From Octopus vulgaris (Eukaryota), in contig OX597819.1 of the NCBI GenBank assembly GCA_951406725.2, positions 75,640,001-75,704,000 on the forward strand: 64,000 nt of DNA. Reading direction: 5' to 3'. A program made the translations under genes and the position numbers. The notes under the pieces were generated by a model, which made no database searches, was not told the origin of the DNA, and saw only the letters and a list, made by a program, of their open reading frames with translations. Numbering within the stretch: the stretch's first letter is position 1; every line of letters starts with the position of its first letter. Below, one piece after another: positions 12,694-30,166 of the stretch.

Positions 12694-12864
12694 AACTGTA
12701 AGTATGGAAAACAATTAAATTTTGGAAAAATTAAATGAAAAGTTTTTCAAAAGAATATTTGCATAGTATTCAAATACAAGGGGCATTTTCCTTGTTTCTG
12801 CCTGTCTCTGTCTCTCTTGTTTATTCTTGTGGGTTCGAGGTCGTTGTGGATTCTTGGCAGGGAA

Positions 12865-13310
12865 AAAGAAGAAGAAAAAGAAAGAGGAGGAGGAGAAGAA
12901 GAAGGGGAAGGAGAATAATAATAATAATGCGGTAGTGCTATCATAGTAGTAGAATGTTAAATGGTCGAGTACCCTGAAAGTGACTTGTGAATGGTAGTAA
13001 TGATTGAATTCTTGAGATATACCTCTTTTGAATGTATTGTTTATAATATTTGCGTAGGTGTTATTTTAAATAGCAGTAGTAGTAAAGTAAGGAAGGAAGT
13101 GGCGAGAGGAAGAAGACGAAAAAGAAGAAAGAGAAAGAGAAGAGAGAATAAGGGAATGCGGGACGGTATGATAGTAGTAGGAAGTTAAATGGTTAAGTGA
13201 CCTAAAAGTGACTTGTTGTGGATTATAGCAGTGATTGGGACTATTTTAATGAATTCTTGGGTATCTCTTGAATGTATAATTTTTAATATTTGCGTGTGTG
13301 TTATTCTAAG
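12865..13310. repeat. Diverged ~240 bp tandem duplication
   Basis: GA-rich tract + atagtagtag..gttaaatggt..aaagtgacttgt..gaattcttg..aatatttgcgt..gtgttatt present twice. Confidence 0.75.
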
Positions 13311-13565
13311 GCCGTGGTGGCTATGTCGTTTGTTGTAGATGCGTTCAAAAGGGTCCGCATTTTTGTAATAAAGACAGTCTCTTTACTAATTCGCTGGCTA
13401 CAGGTTGTATCGTCCCTGAATTGGTAGAGGGGAAAAATTCTGAAGCTTGGATTTTTGTTATTGGCGCAAATGTCAATGTACTGCGAGGGAGTCGTCTTCA
13501 GAGCGCTGTGATACAGTAAACCGGCGGACAAGCAAGACGCATATAATGAGTATGTGCGATCAATA

Positions 13566-13632
<67 letters not shown>

Positions 13633-14095
13633 TGTCTGTATGTATGTATGTGTATGTATGCTCATATACACATACATATACATATTCATATACATACATT
13701 TATACATTCATATATATATATATATGCATGTATTTGTGTGTGTGTGTGTATGTGTGTGCGTGTGCATGTGTGCGTCTGTATGTGTGTGTGTATACACGCA
13801 ATTACATACACACAACAACACAAGGAGTGGAAGTAGTTGGGAATGATACATTTTGGGTGGATCTCAGCACATTATCATATCGTCAATAAATAAAGATAAT
13901 GATATACCTAGAGATGTTTACGTAAAATGTATATATTTAAATGTATGAAATGCGTATAGAAAATTATTATTTAGTCGATAGATAGCTTTAGTTATTCTAT
14001 AGAGAACTAAATAAAGCCTCAAATTTTTAAGAATAAAAGGAAGTAAAAAAAATGGAGATGCTGAATGAAGTGCAACAAAATGAAGAGCAACAACA

Positions 14096-14153
14096 TCTAC
14101 TGCTTCTGCTGCTACTACTGCTACTACTACTACTACTACTACTACCACCGCTA

Positions 14154-14191
<38 letters not shown>

Positions 14192-14210
14192 ACTACTACC
14201 ACTACTACCG

Positions 14211-14266
<56 letters not shown>

Positions 14267-14366
14267 GCTGCTGCTACTGCTGCTGCTGCTACTACTACTA
14301 CTACTACTGCTACTACTGCTGCTGCTGCTACTGCTGCTGCTGCTGCTACTACTACCACAACTACCG

Positions 14367-14413
<47 letters not shown>

Positions 14414-14417
14414 GCTG

Positions 14418-14451
<34 letters not shown>
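14096..14451. repeat. (CTA/CTG)n compound trinucleotide repeat
   Basis: Direct inspection. Confidence 0.95.
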
Positions 14452-15198
14452 AAGCCACATTTTCGTAGTAGTTCACTTGTTTGGTTTCTTTTTGTTAGAT
14501 GTGACTTTATCAAAACGAGTTATTATGTCGTCGCCGCCAGCGTTAACAACATTGAAGAAAACAACGGCACATTCGGTGACTGGTCGCTGGAATTATTAGA
14601 AATAGCAGTTAAATCTCAGTCAAATAGTCTCCCATCTGCTTATAAAAGAACATTCTGGGTAACGTAAACACTGGGTAACGTAAACACGGGGGAAATAGAT
14701 TTGATGGTCGTAAATGAAATGCCTTTGACTAGCTGACTTTTCCTCATCAAAAATGATCTCGGGTCGAAACAACGACACGGCTAATGACGTTCGTGCTGCT
14801 GATGGGGACATTGACTGTTGTCGTGCCATTGATCGAGCTCTCAGTTTCACCGCATTGGCTGCTATCACAAAGCTGGTCAGCTCACAGACAAAGAAAACAA
14901 CAACAACAACTGCAACAATAACAGCAACAATGATAATGATTTCTTATTTTGCGGCAGGGGCATATTCAGGGTGTATATCACAATGAGAGTGTACAGTTTG
15001 TGCGGAGGACTTACATAAATGATGAGAGGAAAGAAAAGAAAAAGGCAATGAAATGTGATAAAAGTTTACAGTGTATACAAAGTATAGGAGCTCATGAATA
15101 ACAGTGCTCCTGATATATGAGAACCTCCAACTAGAGTCAGTTAAAGAACTCTACAGATCCAGGATTACCCTTATCACAAAAGGTATCCGCGCTCACTC

Positions 15199-15241
<43 letters not shown>

Positions 15242-15290
15242 TGATGATGATGATGACGACGACGACGACGACGATGACGATGACGATGAC

Positions 15291-15403
<113 letters not shown>

Positions 15404-15415
15404 TAATAATAATAA

Positions 15416-15970
15416 ATGCCCTGATGCAGTACCAGGCAGTGGCTCTCATGGCTTCTGATCTTAACTGATTGGAAGTGTTATCATGTACATTGTTTTGTCT
15501 TGGTATAAACGATAGGCTACAGCAAATATTCTGCTCAATACCACAGATTTGCTTGTCAGCTGTTTGACCTTAACCACTTGACCATGTTCTTTGCTGGCTG
15601 ACGATATGTGCTTCTCTGATTATGAGCAGAAGTAGTGGGGAGCATTGCATCATAGCCATGTGTTGAGAGGAATTCTTTGGGGTTTGGATAATTCACACTT
15701 GGAAACATAGGAGTTTCGTTCAACATCCTTAAACAACCCTTATTCAGAGACCTTTTGAGCGGGATGTGTTACTCGGCCTGAAGAAAATTCTAGCACTGGC
15801 CTCACCTGCAAGGTCATGCGCTATTTATCTTGATATGAGATCACCATGTCGCGCATATAAGGTTGTGATGCATGTGCCTGGTGTAGACGGGTAGTCATGA
15901 TGGGTATATACTGGGCTTCGTATATTTTACCCCAGTGCCACTTTCATGGTATGCACTGCTCTCTCACTCA
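15416..15970. mobile_element. Non-coding ~555 bp element inserted in (TAA)n/(TGA)n
   Basis: Second copy at 21531-21995; trinucleotide arrays on both sides; no ORF, no obvious Pol III boxes. Confidence 0.75.
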
Positions 15971-16002
<32 letters not shown>

Positions 16003-16070
16003 AATAATAATAATAATAATAATAATGATAATAATAACAATAATAATAATTATAATAATAACAACAATAA

Positions 16071-16260
16071 TCTTTTCCTCTATAGGCATAAGGTCTGAAA
16101 TTTACTGGGAGGGGACTAGTCGATTAAAACGACCCCAGTGTTTGGCTGGTACTTAATTTATCGACCCTGAAAGAATGGAAGGTAAAGTCAACCTTGGCTG
16201 AATTTGAACTCAGAACATAGAGACGGACGAAATGCTGCTAAGCATTTTGCTCGGTGTGTT
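16071..16260 (-). mobile_element. SINE family S1
   Basis: ggtacttaatttatcgaccctgaaagaatggaaggtaaagtcaacc..tttgaactcagaac. Confidence 0.8.
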
Positions 16261-16509
16261 TGTACGTATCGTGTGATGCTTAGTGGTTAACAAAATATAA
16301 AAATGGCCTTGAATAGTACGTAAATCCCTGGAGCAGTCAGTAGCAAATTCCTTAGGCATATAAAGAAGTATTTTTGTTTGGCAGGCAGGTAAGATGTGCA
16401 AAATGTTAGACAGGTAGGTATATAGGTAGACAGGTAGGTATATAGGTAGACAGGTAGGCAGGTAGATAGGCAGATAGGCAGATAGGTAGATAAGTAGATA
16501 GACAAGAGG

Positions 16510-16550
<41 letters not shown>

Positions 16551-16789
16551 AGGGAAACTATAAGAATATAAGAATGTTTGTAAGTAAATATATACATACA
16601 GGGAGAAATAGATACATACACACACATATATTCATACATAGATACATACATACACACATACAAGCGCGCGCGCACACACACACACACATATATACTTATA
16701 AAGAATATATGTATGTATATATATATATAAATATTGTCTGTATGCAAGCACCTATATATTTAAAGAATATATGCATTTATATAAATGAT

Positions 16790-16958
16790 TAATAATATTA
16801 GGGTAATAAAGGTTTTAGAAATGTTTACTACCAGCGGTCTAGCATATAGAAAAATTCAGTCAATAGACTATATATTATTCATATAAAATACAGTGTACAT
16901 TTAAACACATTAAGAGGTTTCCATCATAGGAATCTTTTACGCTAGAAAGAACAGCTAA
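16790..16958 (-). repeat. 3' terminal part of the hammerhead-element family
   Basis: Reverse complement aligns with 4025-4093 and resembles 3725-3795; TA-flanked. Confidence 0.6.
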
Positions 16959-17054
16959 TATATATATATATATATATACAACTTTTAATAAAGCCTGTCC
17001 TTGTATGAAACGATTGTACTAAAAACCTATCCATTCTTGTTGCTTCTTTCTCGC

Positions 17055-17118
<64 letters not shown>

Positions 17119-17739
17119 GAATATATGTACATATATGTATATATACCTATGTGCATGCGTATGCATATATATCCATATATACAACAACAAAAATGAATAA
17201 TAGTGTGAAATATTTCAAACCTATGACAGATAAGTTTCTAACGGGTACGTCTCTCAAAAAAAAAAAAAAAATTTCATTGGTCACCAAAGACAAGAATATT
17301 AAGTGCAGGATGACAAAAGTAAAAGAAATGTCCCATATTCAAGAATCGCCAAATTTCTGGCGAATTATCAAAATTCTAGAGACATATCTATTGGGATATA
17401 TTTTGAAAATATAAATTTTCATACATACATATGCATATTTCTCTGTAGTGCACAGATGGTGTCCATTATGAAGTGACTTACACGTTGCTTTGACTATGTA
17501 ATGTTTTACACCACATCCCAAGATAATATTGACGGATATAGTGGTGGAAAGCAACAAGAAAAATAACAGAAACAGTTATATACAAGTGTCAAAATCGGTG
17601 AGTTTTACGTAATAGCTGTCTATCCTGGGAGAGTAGCGTATCGCGGTTGGTTAGGCAGATAACGTGGACGATAGTATTATTCTAAAAAATTACGTAAAAC
17701 AAATAAATACATATCCAACGTGAGACATTAAAAGTGAGT

Positions 17740-17788
<49 letters not shown>

Positions 17789-17809
17789 GTAATAATAATA
17801 ATAATAATG

Positions 17810-20432
<2,623 letters not shown>

Positions 20433-20452
20433 ATAATAATAATAATAATAAT

Positions 20453-21082
20453 GATTTCAAATTTTTGCCACTAGGGCATCTTGTGGGGAGGGGGGTAAGT
20501 TGATTACATTGACCCCAGTATTTAACTGGCACTTATTTAATCGACCACGAGAGGATGAATGGCAAAGTCGACCTCGGCCGAATTTGGACTCAGAACGTAG
20601 CAGCAGACGAAATATCTATTTCTTTACTACTCACAAGGGGCTACACACAGAGGGGACAAACAAGGACAGACAAACGGATTAACTCGATTATATCGACTAC
20701 AGTGCATAACTGGTACTTATTTAATCGACCCCGAAAGGATGAAAGGCAAAGTTGACCTCGGCGGAATTTGACCTCAGAACATATTAACGGGCGAAATACA
20801 GCTAAGCATTTCGCCTGGCGTGCTAACGTGTCTGCCAACTCGCCGCTTTAGTAATAATAATAATCCTTTCTGCTATAAGCACAAGGCCTGAAATTTTGGG
20901 GGAGGGGACACGTCGATTACATCGACCCCGGTGTTTCACTGCTACTTAATTTATCGACTCCGGAAGGATGAAAGGAAAAGTCGACCTTGGCGGAATTTGA
21001 CCTCAGAACGTAGTAACGGGCGAAATACAACTAAGCTTTTCGCCCCGTGTGCTAACGATTCTGTCTGCTCGCCGCCTTAGTG

Positions 21083-21161
<79 letters not shown>

Positions 21162-21439
21162 TAATATTTATTATTATTGCTTTTAATTCAGGCAGAAGGC
21201 CACAAATTTTGAGGAAATCAATTTTATTGATTCCAGAAGCATGAAAAGTCAGAAATTTTGTGGGAGGAGATAATGCGATTACGTCTACCCCAGGGCTCAA
21301 CGGGTACTTATTTTATCGACACTGAAAGGATGAAAGGTAAAGTCGACCGCAGCGGAATTTGAACTCAGAAAGTAAAGCCGAATGTAATATCGCTATGCAT
21401 TTTACCCAGAGTACTAACGATTTAGCCAGTTCGCTGGCT

Positions 21440-21440
<1 letters not shown>
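20453..21440 (-). mobile_element. Cluster of about four tandem or nested S1 SINE copies (~20453-20612, 20613-20849, 20863-21079, 21190-21440)
   Basis: Repeated atcgacc..aggatgaaaggcaaagtcgacctcggcggaatttga.ctcagaac, mostly separated by TAA arrays. Confidence 0.88.
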
Positions 21441-21529
<89 letters not shown>

Positions 21530-21530
21530 A

Positions 21531-21995
21531 TACCTTAATGCTGTACCAGGCAGTGGCTCTCATGGCTTTTGATCCTACTTGATTGGAAGTATTATCATGT
21601 ACATATTGTGTCTTGGTATAAAAGATGGGCTACAACAAATATTCTGCTCAATGCCACAGATTTGCTTGCTAGTTGCTTGACCATAACCAGTTGAACATGA
21701 CGGCATGTGCATCTCTGATCACGAGCAGTAGTAGTTGGCGGGGGATGAAGCATCATAGCCATGTGTTGAAAGGGATTCTTTGGTGTTTGAATAATTCACC
21801 TCTGGAAACATATTTTGTTCATCATCCTTAAACAAACTTTATTCTGGGGCCTTTTGAGAAGAATGCCCTACCTGATGTGAAGAAAATTCTAACTGGGCAC
21901 CACCTGCAAGGTCATGCTTTATTATATTGGTATGATATCCCTATATCGCGCACATATGGTTGTGATGCATGTGCCTGGCATACTGTTATCAGACG
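21531..21995. mobile_element. Second copy of the 15416-15970 element, truncated
   Basis: gtaccaggcagtggctctcatggct..aaatattctgctcaat..ggttgtgatgcatgtgcctgg colinear with the first copy. Confidence 0.8.
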
Positions 21996-22602
21996 TGTTT
22001 TTAGAAAGTCTCACAAATGGAAAATTCCAGGACTGGACCGGATCACTAACTTCTGGTTGAATTGTTTCACAGAAGTACACGAACATTTTGCTGCATCCCT
22101 AACTGATATCATCCAGAACCCAGAGCAAATACTGCCTAGCTGACCGAAGGAACAATATACCTTCCTACCAAAAACTGAAGACAGGAAAAATCCAAAGAAC
22201 TACCGACATGTCTCAACATCACCTACAAGATCCTGACATCCATACTAACTGAAAGAATATACACTTTCCTTGAACGGAACTCTATCCTTCCACAAGCTCA
22301 AAAAGGTTGTAAAAGGAATTCTTATGGATGCAAAAATCAATTACTCTTAAATAAAATGATTTTATATAATTGCCGGAACAAAAAGAACCTGAGTATGGCA
22401 TGGATCGACTACAGGCAAGCGTTTATAGTGTCTCACATAATTGGCTACTCAAAGACCTTGAGGTATATAAGATCTCTCCTGTCGTCTGCAAATTCTTACA
22501 AGGTAGCATGGCCAAGTGGAATACACGTCTCCTTCTACATCATAGTAATGGGACGAGCCAATCTAACAAAATCAACATCAAACGAAGCATCTTTCAAAGT
22601 GC
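21996..22602 (+). mobile_element. R4/Dong RT N-terminal fragment
   Basis: KSHKWKIPGLDRITNFWL, PKNYR, QKGCKRNSYGCKNQLL, MAWIDYRQAF, IKRSIFQ; frameshifted. Confidence 0.88.
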
Positions 22603-22655
22603 CTCCCTCTCAAGCATTTCGCCCGGTGTGCTAACGATTTTGCTAGTTCGCTGCC

Positions 22656-22691
<36 letters not shown>

Positions 22692-22697
22692 GTAGTG

Positions 22698-22754
<57 letters not shown>

Positions 22755-22755
22755 A

Positions 22756-22980
22756 CTTTTTCTTTCAGCTACAGGTACAAAACCTGAAATTTGCTGTGCG
22801 AAGTCTAATCGATCATATCGGTCCCAGTACTCAACAGCCGCTTATTTTAACAATCCTGAAAGAATGACAGGCAAAGTCAAACTCGGCGCGATTTGAATTT
22901 AGAACGTAAAAAAAGCCGGAATAAATACCACAAATAATTTTTTCGATGCTCTCACGAATCTGCCATTCGTCAACCTTAAC
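22756..22980 (-). mobile_element. Degenerate SINE family S1
   Basis: aaagaatgacaggcaaagtcaaactcggcgcgatttgaatttagaacg. Confidence 0.6.
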
Positions 22981-23542
22981 AACAACATCAACGACGACGA
23001 CAATAATAGAGATAATGATGGTGATGATGGTGGTGATCATGATGATGATAATAATAATACGAAGAGAAGGAAGAAGAAAAAAATGAAGGACAAGAGCAAT
23101 AACAAGCAAACGATTCAACAATACCGATGACAAAACTCAAAACTAATGCCTGCTCCAAATGAAAGACGTGAAAGGATTTTCCCATTAAGCACTCTTATTC
23201 AGATATACTTCAGTGTACTTCAGATTTATGCATTAGATTAAGGGAAGGTTACGTTATGTATTTACCAAATGACAAGAGCAGTTTCTGATCTGCAATACTG
23301 TTCTCGCTGCTGAAAAGGTCGCGATATTTTGTCAGCATTTCTTCTATAGGTAAATATTGCAGATGGATAGAAAGAAAGAACCTTGCATACACATTGGCTG
23401 GTTCTAGAGTAGGGGAATGGATAGTCTAGTCAATTACAAATGCCATAGCGGCCATATACATACATACATACATACATACATACATACATACATACATACA
23501 AGCGCACGAACATACATACATGCATTAATACAAACATATAAA

Positions 23543-23614
<72 letters not shown>

Positions 23615-23742
23615 CATACATACATGTGTGTGTGAGTGTGTGTGTGTGTGTACATTTATTCACCACACACATACGTGTATATATATGCATGCAAATATAT
23701 ATGAACATATATGTGTATATATATTTGCATATGAATATATAG

Positions 23743-23828
<86 letters not shown>

Positions 23829-23855
23829 ATCTATCTATATATACGTATATGTCTA

Positions 23856-23903
<48 letters not shown>

Positions 23904-24069
23904 CGTGTGTGTGCGCATGTGTGTTTATATATTTGTATATATTCAAGCATACACACACACACTCTCTCTGTCTCTCATACACACGCATAAAAACAGAAAG
24001 AAAGAATGAAGGAAAGAAGTAAATACGTAAAAGTGATACATACGTGTATATTGTTATTATTATTATTAA

Positions 24070-24190
<121 letters not shown>

Positions 24191-24984
24191 CACCGTTTAT
24201 ATTCATCTGCATTTCGTCCATATTTACATGCGTATGAACCTCTCCAACATATAAATATATATTTATTGGTATTCAATGCAAGAATGATATTCGTTTTTAT
24301 TTGCTTTTTCTTACTCATCGGTTTGTCAAATGTGTTTGATATAGGCAAATATAACACAAGTATATTTGTCTCTATTGATAAATCCGCCTTATTGACTTCA
24401 CCCACACACTTTACGCTTTCACAATATACAAACACGCACAGACACACACACATATGTATAAACATATATATGTATATACACATTCATGCCTTTATCTAGT
24501 GCATTCTACCTAGGTCTTTCTTTCTCTGTTTATACACACACACACATTTTTGCCTGTCTAATGAACAAATAGATACACATGATGTGTATAATTATGCAAA
24601 CACCTCATCGCTTCGTATACATATAAAATATTTAATAAAAATTCAATAAACGTCAGGAACCACTGCCTGGATGATACAAGCTCACATGTCTTGAAGCAAA
24701 GTAAAACAATAAAAAGCAATATTACACAACTGTTACAAATTAAATGCAACTATCGGAAACAACATAGTGTTCCTTTTACAGAAAATGCTTGTGAAAAAGG
24801 CTCATGCATTGAGTTGATGTTACATTAACAGAAGTTACCGAAGCAGCATATATTAAGTTAAAGAAAACTCCCTCAAAACCTGATACACACAGCTTACTCA
24901 TTCATTCAAATACAGAAGCTGAAGTAAGTTCATTTTGCTATGACAACAGACAATGATACTCTATGCATGAATAATTTTCTCCTC

Positions 24985-25230
24985 TGTACTGTGGTACTGC
25001 CTTGAAGAATTTTAGTCGAACGAATCGAACCCAGTATTTTTTAAAAAAGGCTGGTATGTGGACCTAAACAAACCAGCACGAGTTGTCAAGAGGTGTGGGG
25101 GACAAAGATAGGCATAAATACATCCACCACACACATTAGTGCTTCTTTCAATTTCTACCTAGCAAATCCAGTCACAAGGCTTTGGCCAGCCAAAAGCTAT
25201 AAAAGAAGGCACTTGCCAAAGGTGCCACGG
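24985..25230 (-). mobile_element. Degenerate SINE family S2
   Basis: aaatccagtcacaaggctttggcc..cacttgccaaaggtgccacg. Confidence 0.65.
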
Positions 25231-25600
25231 CTTATGCTTAGAACATCGGTTGTGCTATTTTCTAATTTGAATTCTTCAAAACTTTGCCTCACTGTCTGAT
25301 CACCAAAATTGTGCTTTATATTATGGAGAACACAGTTATGTCAGGAAAACTTGCTGGTGGCAATTATTTCATGCTAAGAATATTGTCGAAGTCATCTTGC
25401 TTGCTATTTGGATTTCGAAGAACTCAGTTTCCTTTCGGGTTCAGTTTCGCTTTGACCGAGACAATCAATATATCTTAAGGGTAAACATCGAAAATTGTTG
25501 AACTGATCCTGCCTTTTCATATGATCAGCTTTATGCTGGTACTTCAAAGGTTAGGAACACAGTTAATCCCTTCATCGTAGTACCACAGAACAAAGTCAAG
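25231..25600 (+). mobile_element. Helitron PIF1-type helicase relic
   Basis: RRTQFPFGFSFALTETINIS*G*T and PAFSYDQLYAGTSKV match the PIF1 motifs R.QFP..LAFA.TINKSQGQT and FSHGQLYVA.SRV. Confidence 0.8.
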
Positions 25601-25778
25601 AATAGCAACGAGGATCTGGAATGACTAAGTAAATGAACTAAACCATTTTACAGTAATTCCTACTTTATTCATAATAAATGCCTAAAAACCTTACACATTT
25701 GTAAAGTGTGCCAAAATCTTCACGTTACTGATTTGTGTTTTTCCATAAAATGCCCGAACATCACTGGAAACATTGGCT

Positions 25779-25925
<147 letters not shown>

Positions 25926-25945
25926 GTCTGTCTGTCTGTCTGCCA

Positions 25946-26026
<81 letters not shown>

Positions 26027-26761
26027 ATTACATATGTATTTGTTTGTGTGTGTGTATGTGTGCGTGTGGGAGAGTGTAAAACAAAATATATCATAAATAG
26101 TATAGAATATGAGTTATTAATTTATTGGAATTACCTCCGCTTTCAGAGAAGGTAACATAATCGCCAGGTACCATTTGGAACCTTGCTGAAAGCAATGGTC
26201 ACTTCTGTAATTAAATTCTGTCTCGTTATAATTATTCACTTTGATAATACCTTTTCCACTTTTGTAGGACTGATTACAATTAGTGAGCGCTTTGTTACTT
26301 ACTGTATTATCTAGCTGAAAGATGGCGTTCTGGTAGAGGGGGAGAGTGCAGTACCTGTAATTCTACAAACCTTTTAGAGTTACGTCTACATGCCTAACCT
26401 GTCTCCAGTGAACATTATCCTATAACATTACACGAAAATATACTCACACAACACTAAAGTATAACAAAGAAAATTCCATACATGTAAAATAAATGCATTA
26501 TCAACTAAGAGGTCTGTTGGAATTAATCAAAACCTTGTACCTGAAATTTGGTTGATGAATATTGTGTACAAACTTCTCAGAGGGACTGTTGCCATTTTTA
26601 AGTAGTAGGTTTAATCCGTCTTCCGGTTTAACACCACCATATTCCTTGTTAATCTTGTTATTGCAATCTTGTTATTGCAAGCATTCGAACTAGATCTCTT
26701 GTCCGAGGATAATTTCACCCTTGTTTTTACCAGCTGTGGAGACCCTGCAAAGTGTTATAGC

Positions 26762-26902
26762 TACGAGGAGGTGCTAAAAGTTCCTGGCTTTAAGTAAGAG
26801 AAAATACAGGATGATCAGTTAATTGTGATTTTATTCAACATATCTCCCTCTCAGATACACACTGATTGCAGCAGTCCTTCAGTTTTTCGAAGTCTTGTAA
26901 AA
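26762..26902 (-). mobile_element. mariner-like transposon terminus (TIR + transposase C-terminal end)
   Basis: ta-cgaggaggtgctaaaagttcctggc TIR-like start; minus strand ends ..LRGRYVE*, like the mariner G.YVE* terminus. Confidence 0.6.
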
Positions 26903-27037
26903 TGTTCAACTATTATTACCTAATATTCTAAATTATAATTGTAAATAATCATTACCTTTGAAAGGTTTTCATTTCCATGCTGGCCACCTAATAAGATCGG
27001 TATTTAAATATCGATCTTATCCTTATTTACATAAATT

Positions 27038-27106
<69 letters not shown>

Positions 27107-28125
27107 ATATATAACAAAAACAATAACAACTTAAGAAGTAATGACTGTATATTTAAGAAGTTTGTTTTGCAATAATATAGTTTGAAGTTCACTTTCATCG
27201 AGCAAAAGTACCTTAAGCAAGAGTCTTCATCATAGGCTCGGGTCTAACAAACATTTTGACTGCAATAGGTAGATATATATATATATATATATATAGTATG
27301 ATATATGTAGCAATTCGTGGTGATGGTAGGAAGTAGACTTAATCCGTGAAAAGGTTTCGGGCCAGCTCTTAACCCTTAGATATCTTTAACTGAGTCAAGT
27401 TTGGTATAAGCATTATGGGGTAGGTTTCCAATCAGATGGTAACTCAATATCACGATGCAGCTGCTTCTTGCTATATTTCATTTGCAACACTTTTATCCAT
27501 GGTTTCTTCTTCACCGATTTCTCACAAGTCCCGGAGTCATCGCAAAATGTCACGGACGATGTCCTTTCTCTCCTCAGCTAGCTATAACAAAAAAGTAAAG
27601 AAGAATGGTTAAAGCGAAGAATAAAACTGGGTTGCTAACATCGTTTTCCTCCATAGTGCTGCTGACACAGCAATGACGGATCATTAGCTATAGCAAAATG
27701 CATTATAACACATGTCAAAAGAAGTAGAAGCTGTTAGGATTTTGAAATGGCAGCAAAGATGTCTTATTGACATAAACAAACAAATAGACTGGAAAAGTAG
27801 AATAAACTGAAAAAATATTTGTTGACGTTTAAAAAACAGTTTGCTAACAAAAAATTACGTTATTTTAAATAGAAACAACAGAAGAACACATTGAAAGCTG
27901 GGATAATCGAAGTATACAACAGCAACTACAACAATAGCAACAAAATCGTCATCAACAACAAGAATAGCAACAAATACCCTGACAATTCCTTTGACAACCA
28001 CAAAGACGACAGATGAAGGGATATGAACAATATATTTTAAAGCTAGCAAGGTTTACGCAAAATCGATTATAAATAAAAAAAAACCCAAAACAACAACCTA
28101 TTAATAACAGTAACAGCCGCAACTC

Positions 28126-28183
<58 letters not shown>

Positions 28184-28555
28184 CTTTATTTTTATCATTA
28201 TCACCATCATCACCACTACCATTTTTGGAGGAGATAGTTGGGTAGCAGTTTGGTGAATATATTATATTCTACAGGGCTATAAATAGATTCGTCAGATGGT
28301 GCGGAGGTCAGCCATAGAGACAAAAGAATCTTCGCACTCCTTGGGTCAGCAGAGGTCAAATGTGTTTACTACTACCAGTGGCCACTGAGAACGCTGCCTT
28401 GGAAAGAAGCAATTCAACCTGTTCTATTTGTAATTACTGGTTGAAAAAAATAATAATTATATATATATATATATATTATATTAAATTAGAGATAAAACCA
28501 CTATTATATACACATATACACACATACTCACATATATACATACATACATACACAG

Positions 28556-28614
<59 letters not shown>

Positions 28615-28619
28615 TATAC

Positions 28620-29850
28620 TGATATTCACGTCGTTGAAGTTTTGAATTTCTGAATTTAATTATGTTGTTGTTATAAAAGATGTGTTGCGGTATTTGGGTA
28701 ATATATTAAAGCTTTAAAGTTTTTGAGATGTTCGTTTGTCTGTACAGTTGGAGAATACAGTAGAACTTTTGCAGTGAAAAGGATGTTTACATTTTCGAAC
28801 ACACAGGGAGAGTAAAAAAAAGAAAACAAGTTGTAGATTGTAAAGTTTTAAGAGTTACTAAATGTGGTCTTTTGTATGACCGCACAGAGAGAAATGGTAG
28901 TGTTCTTAGAATAAAAAGGGGGTTGATGTTTACATTTTCGAATACTCAGCGAGAGAGGAAAAGATAAGTATTCACACAGTAGTTGTAGATATCAAAAGGT
29001 TATTTTCTTTTAAAGCTGATCGTTTGTGTTCAAAAGCCGTAGGTATGTAAGTTTCCTAACTTATTTTATTTTGAGGGAGATTTAAAGTATTCACAGGAAA
29101 TTGTAGATATTCCAGTCTTTGGGAATAGTAGGAGGAAGAGATGTTCACCTTGTTGGATTTTTAAATTTCTGAATTTCTTTTTCTTTTGGAATTTTTCTTT
29201 TTTTAAAAAAATAGTTTTGCTGTGGTTTACAGTTTTTGTAGTTGTGCAGTATGTATATATTGGTAGGTGCTTACTTCCTTAATTTCTTATCGTGCATTTA
29301 ATTGTGTTGTTACAATAAAAGTCATGTTTACATATTTTGTTAGTCAGGGAAGACAAAATGTTCACACAAAATTGGCGATATTAAAGTTTCTAAATTTTTT
29401 GAGTTGTTCGTTTGTATGTTCGTTCAAAAAAAAAACTGTGGTGAGTTTGTTTTTTTTTACAATCAAAAGGATGTTTACATTTTCGAATATTCAGGGAAAA
29501 AGGAACGGAAAGAAAAGGAAATTAAAATTTTTTCACAGAAAATTGTAGATATGAAGTTATTCTAAAATTTATTGGAGATGATCTTTTGTCTATCCGAAAA
29601 GCAAAAACTGTAGTGTTCTTGGAATAAAGAAGATGTTTACATTTTTGAATACTCAGGGGGAAAGAAAAGGATAGGTATTCACAGGAGGTATAGATATTAA
29701 AGGTTTTAAAGCTGATTGTTTATGTGTTCGAAAGCTGTAGATATGTAAGTTCCTTACATATCTTTAACTTACATATCTTTAACATATCCTTAACTTATTT
29801 TGAGGGAAATTCAAAATAATCACGAGAAACTGTAGATATTCCAGTCTTTT
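28620..29850. repeat. Diverged higher-order tandem repeat (~700 bp x2, built from ~145-165 bp subunits)
   Basis: gatgtttacattttcgaa at ~28782, 28926, 29470, 29632; ttttgaggga..tgtagatattccagtcttt at ~29069 and ~29798. Confidence 0.75.
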
Positions 29851-30166
29851 AGAGTTATTTTTCAGTTGTCCTGCTGGGTTATATTAGTGTTTCGGTGTCT
29901 TCAGTTGCTGACAGGTCAGAGCAGCGAAGAACACGTCCAGCCGCTGAAAAAAGATGCTGCAGCTGTTAATACTAAATACTACTAATACTAAAATAATACT
30001 ACAGCTACTACTATTATGATAGCACAGGAATCTGAGGCTGAACTACCACCCTTACTACTACCCCACCCATGCTACTGTTGCTGTTGCTGCAACCACTACT
30101 GCTACTACACATAAAACAATAATATCAGTGATATCAGTGCTGATAATAATAATAATATTAATAATG

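Noticed and set aside
13396-13430. Possible micro-exon (ctacag/..gtagag)
   Set aside because: Weak splice signals and no partner exons or recognisable protein
17219-17260. Minus-strand gacg-tacc-cgtt-aGAAA-c..g-TC hammerhead half
   Set aside because: The 5' core and stem I are replaced by a poly-T run; cannot be supported
29881-29910. CTGAAGA-cacc-GAAA on the minus strand
   Set aside because: No stem II and no stem I pairing
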